A stretch of DNA of 40,588 nucleotides, taken from assembly GCA_003990765.1 (NCBI GenBank), contig RBNJ01000119.1, positions 1 through 40,588 on the forward strand, in the 5' to 3' direction. The stretch is from Jimgerdemannia flammicorona (taxonomy: Eukaryota). Below the pieces are notes generated by a model, which was not told where the DNA came from, did no database searches, and saw only the letters and a program-made list of their open reading frames with translations. Below are positions 12,437 to 22,594 of this stretch, in pieces (position 1 is the first letter of the stretch; every line of letters starts with the position of its first letter). The translations under genes were made by a program, and so were the position numbers.

Positions 12437-12895
12437 GCTTGGGGCTGCCCCTATGCTGCTGGTGGAGGGCTGTAAATTTTGCATGCTCCCTCTGCCTGCC
12501 CTGCCTGTCCCAGACACTTGTGGCTTAGAGCTGCCCTTTGCTGCTGGCAGAGAGCTGCAAATTTTGCACACTCCCTCTACCAACCCCATGCCCACCATCC
12601 CCACCAACCAACCCTGTCCACTGACCTGGGTGCTGACAGCTTGGGGCTGCCCCTCACTGCTGGTGGAGGGCTATAAATTTTGTATGCTCCCTCTGCCTAC
12701 CCCCCCCCTGCCAACCCCCCCGACCCAGATACTTGCAGCTTGGGGCTGCTCCTTACTGCTGGCAGAGGGCTGCAAATTTTGCATGCTCCCTCCACCGACC
12801 CTGCACCCACCCACTGACTCAGGCACTGGTAGCTTGAGACTGCCTCTTGCTACTGGCTGAGGGCTATAAATATTGCATGCTCCCTCCACTGCCAC
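12437..12895. repeat. Five ~55-bp hairpin-containing direct repeats between the convergent cargo gene and transposase
   Basis: Core gcttggggctgccc...ctgctgg(t/c)(g/a)gagggctg(c/t)aaattttgcatgctccctc(t/c) repeated with C-rich spacers. Confidence 0.75.
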
Positions 12896-13001
12896 TGCCA
12901 ACCCCACTCTACTTGGGCCACAAACTCCAGACCAAGTCCTCAGGTTTTTTTTCCCTTTTTATTATTTTTGAAAGGTATTAAATATTCCACAAGGCTGAAT
13001 T

Positions 13002-15560
13002 TTAGCAGCCTGAGCCCCACCAAGACTTCAGACACATATATGTCTAGATTGTCTCAGTATTCAGTACACACCTCTTTGGGGCAACAAGGTCTACCCCACC
13101 TGAGAACACCTGCTCAATGGGAGCACTGGAGGCAGGAATTGCCAGGTAGTCCCAAACTATATCACACAGGCTGGAGAAGTCTGTTTGATGTAGCTGCATA
13201 CCCCAGTGGATAGAGTGATAGTTAGATTGGTGGGTTAAATTGGCCCAACATCTGCCTGACAACCTACCTTCCACCAGTTGAGCACCTCTGTGCCCTCCAG
13301 AAGGACCACGCAGTCACTGGCAAGATAAATAGTAAGTTCGTTTATTGATGGCAGCTCTTCCACTGACAGCTCTCTCTTCTTCTTTCTGCTGAAGTAAATG
13401 TGGGATAGGAGGGATCTCTTGACATATTCATCTGGACTTTGGCCAGAACCTTGCAGCAGCACATAGTTTTTCCAGTACACTTTGATTATGGCCTGCTTAG
13501 TTCTCTCAATGAAGTGCTGCTCCCAGTCCTGATCTTTATGGTATTGTAGCTTTAAGTGTGGGTCCAGCACTGTTCGAAAAAAAGGAGAGTGAGTTTTTGT
13601 AGGTTTCTTCTATTTTGGAAGAGATAATGGCCACATGCCGACATCGATATACCTATACTGATTGAGTATATAGTGGTATCTGTTTGGGAGTAATATTTTC
13701 TGAGCTTGCTTAGAGCAACCTCTATGGCATCTCTCTGATCTAGGCTTAACTGTAAATAACTGCAACCCTCCAGCCTATCCTCAAGCTTGTCCTCTAGCTG
13801 GTCAATCAGAAGGTTGTATACTAGTATTGCAGAGCTTATTGTCAAGATATTTGTTTGACTATATCCTTCATACAATCATTGAAATACTGGCAGTTATATG
13901 TGGTGAGGTGTTGCATTATGCAGAGGCAGACAAAACAAGTGTAGAGTCAGAGCAACCACCACTTACTTCCAAAACTCTGACAATATTCCTAAGTATATCC
14001 CACTCACTTTCACCTGGAGCCTTAGCCCATATTTCCTTGTCAGCAGCCACCATTGAATCTATTGGCTTTTTTTGTTTTTTTTTTTTTTTAAAAATAAATC
14101 TTCCATCATCCAAAACAAGTTGCTTTAGCTGACTGAAGAAAAAAAGAATACATACCACAGCAAACTTCAGCACACACTGTATCATTGCAAATGTTGAGTT
14201 CCAATACATACAGACATCCAATATAAGCTCTTTTGGGGCTAAACTGATTGCCCTATACTGTGCAGCAAATTTGTCTCATTGTTGTGAGGACAATCAGACT
14301 GACACAACCAGTTTGCACAGCTTGGAAATTATACTCAGGGCCCCTCCTCTTTTGGATGTTTTGTCTATATGCATAAGATAATCCTGAACAGCAAGGTTCA
14401 GTACATAGGCCTGGCATTGTACACAGCAGCTTTCTGTACTGAAGACTATGTTTTTCTGTTTGAGGCTGGCCACTAAAACTTGGAAAAATGTTGAGTTGTT
14501 TGTAGCATTGTCTGTCGTAATGGTCAAAATCTATACTTGAAATATTCAGTCAGCAAATTATGTGAAAATAAATAACCAATAAAATCTGTTTTGTTTAAGG
14601 ACCTCTCTCATGCTGACCTGATGGCAAGCCCCCCTTTTTTTATCTTAGTTGTGATCCCAAGCTCCCAGATACAACTAATAAAAGCATCTGTAATGTTGTC
14701 TCTAGAATGAGGGCCAGCAAGTTTGATGAAGTCAAGGGTGAGAGATTTAAGCTGTCAATCAAGGTCAATCCAATGACTGGTAATGCTCAGAAACAAAATT
14801 GCATTGGGAGATGTCCATGTGTCAATCATAAATGAAATTTTGCCTGCCAAATTCTGCTTATTGAATATAAGGTTAAATTGGTGAGCTCTTTTATATAATT
14901 CAGCTTGCAAAGGTCATGGTGCTGCCCTTATTTTACCTGAAGTATCTGGCAGAGATTGTTGTGCTCCTTTCTATAGGCCTCCAGGACATCTTTGTGAATA
15001 GTATCAGTACTTAGCAAATATAAATCATACTTGAGGAGGCCAAAGATGCTATGCAATTGATCACTCTCAATGGTTGTGAATAGCTAGTCTGTGTATACAA
15101 TTCAGCAAATGAGCTGATTTTGAAATTCTGCCAAAGAGTATGGCTAAATATTTTTGATTAAATGGCATTATTGGTATAGAAATGGTCAGACAATTGGATA
15201 AATGTACCCACCACAGCTTGGATGTCAATTTTATTTATCTCCATGATCTTTTTGATTTTGTCAGAGTGCTTGTCTTTTATGTGTCGATTCATATTCGAAG
15301 TCATACCACCAAGTATTTTGAACTTCTGGCTGGTGCAGTTTATGGGGGTAGATGAAACAATATTATATGTGTATCAATTAAGTCAACAGGTGCATCTTAA
15401 TTTTTTACCTGCAATAATTACAAACAACATCATCTTCTATCTTAGCATAATGTTACCAGATTTCAGAGTAAGGATTGCGTGAAAGGTATGGAACTATCAG
15501 AGATGTTTGACTTGAAGCATCATCAGTACTGTGAACTGTTGAAGACTGATCTGTCGACAT
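13002..15560 (-). pseudogene. Intron-containing hAT transposase with N-terminal BED zinc finger and C-terminal dimerisation domain (degenerate)
   Basis: SEIW*HY..VVCNYC...GGMTSNMNRHIKDKH (BED); ISFMIDTWTS..FLSITSHWID; ITTDNATNN; CQAYVLNLAVQ (from CxAHxLNL); WNSTFAMI; LDPHLK; DYLAIPASSAPIEQVFS; MCLKSWW. Confidence 0.88.
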
Positions 15561-15664
15561 GTGTGTTTGCATGTTTGTATGTATATATATATGTGTATGT
15601 ATGTATTATGTATGCATGTGTATGTATTGTGTATGTGGACATGTCCGGTATATGAGTCATGTAG

Positions 15665-15990
15665 AGGATTTGGATTGGAGAATTCAGTTGAAGAATTCAG
15701 ATGAGGATTTGGATTGAAGGATTCAAATTGGAGGATTCAAATTGGAGGATTCAAATTGAAGGATTCAGATTGAGTGATTCAGATTGAGTGATTCAGATTG
15801 AGTAATTCGGATTGAGTAATTCAGATTGAGTAATTTAGATTAGAGTGGTTTGGATGAGTGATTCAGATGGGGTGATTCAGATGGAACAATTTGGATTAAT
15901 CTGAGTTGATTCAGATGGCTTTGGATTTGAGATTCAGATCAAACTGTTATGTGATAAATCGAATCTGGATTTGATTCGAATTGACTCATT
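15665..15990. repeat. Right subterminal repeat array of the hAT element
   Basis: About 20 copies of a ~14-bp gattcagattgagt / gattcaaattggag unit. Confidence 0.8.
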
Positions 15991-17378
15991 CAGAGCACTA
16001 GCCTATATAGTCTAGGTTTTCTTTTAATAAAAATCTACAGAACTTTAAGTCTATTAAAAAAAAAAAAAAAAACTAAACTAAACTAGACTGAGTTTTATTA
16101 AAAGATCAAGAGGGGATATTTATATAAAATAAATAAAAAAAAATCAGAATAGATAGAATATTATAGAATAATTATTAATAAACCAAAGAACTATTTAGAA
16201 TATATATATTTTTTAGCAAATAACTAAGTATTTCTATAATATTTTAAATTACTTTAAAATATATTATAAGATTTCTAACTAATATATAAAAAGGTATAAA
16301 ATAATATAAAAAATATATAATAATAAATAAAATCTAATTTATAATTTCTAATATAACTTTAATATATTATATATATATATAATAATAGTTTCTTAATTAT
16401 CTTATCTATGTATCTTTATAATAGTTAAGTATTATATATATTCCTTTATCTATATATATTTTACTCATATTTAGAAATATAACTTTATAAAAAAAAATTA
16501 CCAATAATTTTTTATATAAAAGTTTTACCTCTGATAAAATTTTTACAAGTATATATTATTTGAGCAAATTGAGTTATATTTTTAACAGAAAAATAATATT
16601 TCAGAAAATCATTTTTTGTAAACTTTAATTTGTCTGCCAAATGAATTTAAAAGATATTCTTATCTACAGACAAAGAGATAAATACATATCTATTATCTTT
16701 ATTATAATCTATAATTTTATTGAAGTCATAATAATTTAATTTTTTAATTTAACTCTGTTATGTTATATTATAATGATACTGAAAAATATAATGATAATAT
16801 AGCACTACTATCAACTTATAAATACTTAATAACATCTAGATTTCCTTGCTTAACAAGGCAAATATAACAAACTCCTCTTTATTTCAGTCATTATACAATA
16901 TCAAAGCTGCTCGAGCAGAAAACCTTACTACCAAACCACTATGCAGAATGGACCTGCTATAACATTCATAAGAATTGGCTCATCCAAGCATATTTATCAG
17001 ACTAAATTAGCAATCTAATCCGACAAGAATTCAATCCGATAATAATGTTCCATTCTATGATGACGATATATCTTGCGTCCAGCCTTGTACATGAGCTAGT
17101 TCGACGTGACGTACATAAACGTACCACACTCTGCGTCTTCTCAATTACAGCTTAGGCTGCCACTCCGAAATCAAATAAAATAAAATAAAAAATAAAAAAT
17201 AAACCGGGCCACATGGGTCAAATCTATTATGCCAACATTGAACATACAGTTTACACTTAACACATAAATGGCTACAGCAACAATGTACACAGCTCGTGAC
17301 GATACAACATAGGATTCAGCACAAAACAATGAGTATATTCATTTTGTTAAGCTAAGAGCGACCATCCAGGACCTCAAT

Positions 17379-19260
17379 TCAGTCTCGAAAATCTTTTATC
17401 CGATACTTGATTCCTTCATATATGGTCACGGCAGGGTGAGATGGCTTCAGATAGTTCCGTAATTGATTCCATTGATTGAAAGGGCACCGGTATGATCTTT
17501 TTGATTTAAATGCAAGGTTAAATATCACCATGCTTAATACGTTTGCCGTAATCTAAATTGAGGCTTTTTTTTCACAATAAGTAGATCGGTCGTTGTGGCA
17601 GGAGTAGAAAGACCATGCATATGGCCCGATGGACATGTAATTATCAAAACGTGTGAATTCCTCTCCAACGAGCCCAATCTCACAGACGCCGTGGGTGGAT
17701 TCAACGACAATGTCCCATTCGCATATATCGTTCTGAAACATCGCTCGGGGTGGAAGTTCTACAACCTAGCCATCCTCCGAAACGACTACTTGAGAACCAA
17801 TTTTCGGTCTATCCCACTGGAGACATTGTGATGTGCATTATGGCGACTTGCGGAAGGGTGACTCGTACGGCATACGGTGTTCTTGCAGGCGTGATGTCAA
17901 AGCGAGCAAACATGTCGACTGCCTCCGCAAGGGTCTTGAGTCGATGCGGGCAGATGAGCGTGAGGTCAAAGTGGGTCATCATTTTGAGCAGCAAGGCGCG
18001 TGACGCACCATCTCCTAACCGGACCGTAACATCGCATCCCGCAACCATATCGCTGATGTCTTGCAAAGCAGAATGGATATCTCCCTTTTATTTTCATTTA
18101 ATTTGATAGGTTATATGTTGTGTCTGGCTATCTGCCTTGATGATTATATCTCCCTTTTATTTTCATTTTATTTGATGGGTTATATTTCATGTCTGGCTAT
18201 CTGCCTTGATGATTATATCTCCCTTTTGTTATTTTATTTGATGGGTTATATGTCATGTCTGGCTATCTGCCTTGATGATTATATCTCCCTTTTATTTTCA
18301 TTTTATTGATGGGTTATTTTCATGTCTGGCTATCTGCCTTGGCAATTCTACCCTTTATTTATTTATTCTTATAGGTTATATGTCATGTCTGGCTATCTGT
18401 CTCAACAATTATATTCCCTTTTATTTTCATTGTATTTGATGGGTTATATTTTATATCTGCCTTGATGATTATATCTCCCTTTTATTTTATTTTATTTGAT
18501 GGGTTATATGTTGTATCTAGCTATCTGCCTTGATGATTATATCTCCCTTTTAGGTTCCGAAACCGACGGCGCGTTCTCGTTGCGTCCCCAGACCCAGTCG
18601 ACGACGCACAGCAACAGATCGTGCTCGGAGGTGGAAAGGGTCCCTGCCTCGGTAAGGAGCAGCTCGAGGGACTCTTCGGAGAGATCGGTGAGCTCACCGT
18701 TGGCGAGCTTGTGAGCGCAAAAAGGGTCGAGGAGCGCGTCATAGAGGTCCTTGTTGGTTTCGCTCCAAGGTATGGCGGAGACAGCTTCTTTAAGAAGCGA
18801 TGAAGCGACACCAAAATCCGCGAGATCGTGCGCGCGTTCCAACACCATCCTCATGAGCTTCGGGAGGAGGAGAAAGCAGTGTATATATTTCTACCGCGAC
18901 GGAAATTTTGACAGTGTTATCGATAATTTCGGTGTGAATGAACCCGAGGATAATGTTAAATACCGCGGAGGTAATGTCGTTGAGGACGATGCGATGATAA
19001 GAAGCCTCGCGCACGTTACCGTACAGCATCGCTTTGAAGACTGGGCATCTTTTCACAGACCATATGAAATGAGACGCGAGAAAAGTGCATGCAAACGCGA
19101 CTAAACTGTAATTGAACAAACCTTGAAGCAAGTACGGCACGGCATGCGCTTAGCTCGACACCGTCGGCGCAAATGATGGTTACATCATGTTAGGTTGGAT
19201 CTTCCAGATGGAGGCGATGTCATCCCTGAGACTGTGAACACAATTGGATTGCTCGACTGT
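17379..19260 (-). pseudogene. BTB/POZ-BACK-SPRY pseudogene, tandem paralogue of 20342-21845
   Basis: Colinear with the intact copy and has the same intron position. Start codon lost (atg to aca at ~19258), frameshifts near 19200 and 18890, and a 476-bp minisatellite inserted in exon 2. Confidence 0.85.
18077..18552. repeat. Minisatellite, ~69-bp unit, ~7 copies, inserted into the BTB pseudogene
   Basis: Unit atatctcccttttattttcattttatttgatgggttatatgtcatgtctggctatctgccttgatgatt. Copies start at 18077, 18146, 18215 and 18281. Coding homology resumes on both sides. Confidence 0.9.
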
Positions 19261-20341
19261 GTTTTTTATTTTATTTTATTTTATTTTTTGGGTGGGAGGG
19301 GGTGGGATGGTTTCGAAAATCCGGTAGTTATGAACGCAGTTCAAACTTCGGCAAAGTTACCCGAAGCTAACTTTAAGCTCGAATCAGTTCCAGTTTTAGG
19401 TGTATTCTTAGCTCATTCTACGCTCAACCCCACAGAAATTTCTTCTGCATTTCGATTCTTTTAGCACTCCAAGTTCATCTGGTATACTGCGTTTAAAGGC
19501 AACTTAGCAACCTAGCAACTTGCGCACCCCTCGACCCATCCCTGTTCTGTGGCAGAAGGTTTATATGTGTGGTGATAATCAACCTCTTTCGCAAATGGCG
19601 GTCTTGGAAGCGCACGCCACACCGCCTTTATTTGCTTACAATACAATTGCACGTTTTCTCAGCCCATGCGAAGGGGCGCTTTGCTTTGTTTTAATATATA
19701 AATCGGGCGCAGCGTTGGTGAGTACAAAGGACGTCATTTCGACGACGCGGCACACGAAAATGGAGTGTATTGTGGACTGTCCAACACAGCGCATCGTATC
19801 GCGATTGCATAAGCACTGCAGGTCAATGTACCTTGTTTGTATGGGCAGTTTGCACTTCACCTGATTCTAAAGATCTATCGCATAATAGTATTGTAATTTT
19901 TTTTTTTCTTTTTCTTTGTTTGGTCAAAATCGACCTCTAGTGTCATAAACGAGACCAGTGATATGATATGTAAGGAATATGTTGAAGTGACAGAAAATGC
20001 GTATATTTGTTGATGATTTAAAACGTCATTCCAGAGATTCTAATTAATAATTTGATGTAGTAATATATATAAAACCCAGGAATTCGGCTCCGTCTACAGC
20101 GCTTATGGATCAAGGTAGTTTGCGCTGCGTATAATATGCGCTAAATTTCCATCCGGATTCTGAACCGAATGTTTGGAGCTCGGACAGACTCTATATCCAA
20201 CAACATAGCAGAAAATTTATTTTTCACATTCTATCTCCGTTTGAAAACTTCCCTACTTAAGGCGAATATAAAAGGCTTAAGATAATAAAATAGGATATGA
20301 TACAGAACGACAACTATTGCTAAGCTAGACCATTCATGACC

Positions 20342-21845
20342 TCATCGACTATCCTTTATACGATACTTGCATTGTGGATATAAGGAAACAGCAGGGTACA
20401 CGTTATCGGGGAGATTACACCAGGCTATCCCGTAATTGATTCCATTTATCGAAACGGCACAGGTGTGGTTATTTAGGTTTAAATGAAAGGTTATGACATC
20501 ACCATTTTCAATAATTTTACCGTATTTTGAATTGAGTAAGTTTAGTTCACCGTAAGTAAATCGGCTTTGGTTATAGGAGTAAAAAGCCCATGCATATCGT
20601 CGGCATAACATGTCACTGTCAAAACTTGCGAATTCCTCTCCAACGAGCCCAATCATGCAGATGCCGGTGTCGCCATGCGATCCAATGGATTCAACGACGA
20701 TGTCCCATTCGCATAGACCGTTGTGAGCCTTCGTTCCGGGAACGCAAAGCCGTGCTGTGTGTGGCGAAACCTCCGATGGAAGCTCCACAACCTTGCCATC
20801 TTCTGAAACGATCACTTTAGTACCGATTTTCGATCGATCCCACTGGAGAACCTCTCTGCGACTTGCTGATGGATGACCCTTAGGACATCTGGTGATCTTC
20901 CAGACAGAACGGCAAACCGCCATGTAGTGTGGAGACTTCGCAAAGGTGTCGACTGCCTTTGCGAGAGTCTTGAGTCGGTGCGGGCAAATAAGAGTGAGGT
21001 CAAAGTAGTTCATCATTTGGAGTAGCAAGGTGCGCGACGCGCTATCACCTAGCCGCACCATGCCGTCGTGCCCCGAAACCATATCATTAATGTCATGCAG
21101 AACAACATGGCGCTCCGAAGCCGATGGCGCGTTCTTGTTGCGTCCCCAAACCCAGTCAACGACGCACAGCAACAGATCGTGCTCGGGTGTGGAAAGGGTC
21201 GCTGCCTCCGCGAGGAGCAACTCGAGGGCCTCTTCAGAGAGGTCGGTCAGCTCGCCGATGACAAGTTTACGAGCGCGGAAGGGTTTGAGCAGCACATCGT
21301 AGAGGTCCTTGCTGGTTTCGCTCCACGGTATGGCGGCAACAGCTTCATTTAAAAGCAATAAATCAACACCAAAATCAGCGAGGTCGTGCGCGCGCTCCAG
21401 CACCATTTTCATAAGTTTGGGAAGGAGGAGAAAGCTTGCTGCGCGGTATATTCCTACCGCCACGTAAATGTTGACGGTGCTGTCGATGGTTTCGGTGTAA
21501 ATGAACCCGAGGACAATGTTAAGCACCGCGGAGGTGATGTCGTTGAAGACGACTCGATGAGACGAAGCCTCTCGCATGTTTCCGTACAGCATCGCCTTGA
21601 AGACCGGGCATCTTTTAAGAGACCACATGAAATCAGGTGTTTGGAAAGTACAAAAACAACGAACACAACTAAACTGTGCAAAACCGAAAACGGACAAACC
21701 TTGAAGCCAATATGGCACGACATGCACCCAGCTCGACACCGTCAGCGCAGACGATGGTCACATCGTGGTAGGTTGGGTCTTTCCAGATGGAGGCGATGTC
21801 GTCCGTGAGGCTAAGACCGCCATCAAATTGCTCGACCATGTTCAT
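20342..21845 (-). CDS. BTB/POZ-BACK-SPRY(B30.2) domain protein (~471 aa); exons 21845-21700 and 21611-20342
   Basis: Exon 1 MNMVEQF...WKDPTYHDVTIVCADGVELGACRAILAS, then an 88-bp GT-AG intron, then RCPVFKAMLYGNMRE..IVLGFIYT (BTB). BACK-like EHDLLLCVVDW. SPRY: WDIVVE..IGLV..GDVITFHLNL..CAVSING..YGIAW.NLP..VYPAVSL. Confidence 0.88.
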
Positions 21846-22594
21846 AAAAGCGAAATGACGAGTTTTGTTTTGGATTGTTAAGGTTTGGTTTCGGCTGCGG
21901 ATAGGATTACAGAAATCGTGGCGCAGTGTTGATCAAAATGTACAAAAGAAGACATTCCGACAGTAAACACATGATATATCGTTTCTTGTCGAGATACCTA
22001 CATCGTTGATCCAGCACATGAAAATGGAGTGCATTGTGGAGCACTCAATTCAACGCATTACATCGTAATGCCACGCCTCGGCCATAAGTACCGATGTAGA
22101 CTGTTTGCATAGACAGTTCACATAATATAAAATCAGTTGAATGAAAATTGTTATAATTTTACTTTTTACTTTTCTTTTTTAATATTACCAAGTTTGGCCT
22201 CTAGGTGTCACAAACGAACCAAACAATCATTAAGGATATGTAGAAAATGAATATATGATCTGAAAGTTAGACTGAGGCTCTAGAGCTTCTAATTATCCAT
22301 TTAATTTAATATATTACATCTAGAATAGTGTTTTAATTAATGGAAATCCTCTTATATGCTTTTGTTCTCAAAAAAATTGAATTAATTTGAATTAAATTTA
22401 AATAAAATTGAGGGGTTGATTTAATTTAATTTAAATTCATTTCTTATTATATATTTATTTAATAACTTATATAATAATATAATTAATTTTTATTCTTTTT
22501 ATATTATTTTAAAATTTATAAAATAAAATTTACATATTTTATTTAATTATAAGCTCTATATAATTTAGTCTATCTGACTATAAACTTTATTTAG

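Larger units (their letters stand above)
9594..16000 (-). mobile_element. Complete hAT-superfamily DNA transposon (6407 bp) carrying a transposase and a TET/JBP-like cargo gene
   Basis: Perfect 8-bp TSD gcctatat at 9586-9593 and 16001-16008. TIRs tggtgctctgaa / ttcagagcacta (11/12 match). Subterminal repeat arrays at both ends and an internal hAT transposase. Confidence 0.93.
8475..16072 (+). mobile_element. Possible 5'-truncated non-LTR retroelement (8475-9593 plus 16009-16072) interrupted by the hAT element
   Basis: Direct repeat aactaaactagactga at 8459-8474 and 16076-16091 (candidate TSD). AATAAA at ~16026 and an A17 tract at 16056-16072. The body is CpG-free, but no RT motif was recognised. 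Confidence 0.4.

Noticed and set aside
12236-12907. Several overlapping ORFs
   Set aside because: Translations of the internal hairpin repeats; no domain features.
16100-16900. Very AT-rich tract
   Set aside because: Probably an ancient mutated repeat, but no motif or terminus could be identified.
18061-18714. Hydrophobic repeat ORFs (LAICLDDYISLL) or a CRISPR-like array
   Set aside because: Pure tandem minisatellite with no unique spacers, in a eukaryotic context.
20342-21739. 465-aa ORF-track protein starting MSSWVHVV
   Set aside because: The N-terminus reads through an intron. The spliced model restores the BTB start (DVTIVC...RAILASRCPVF).
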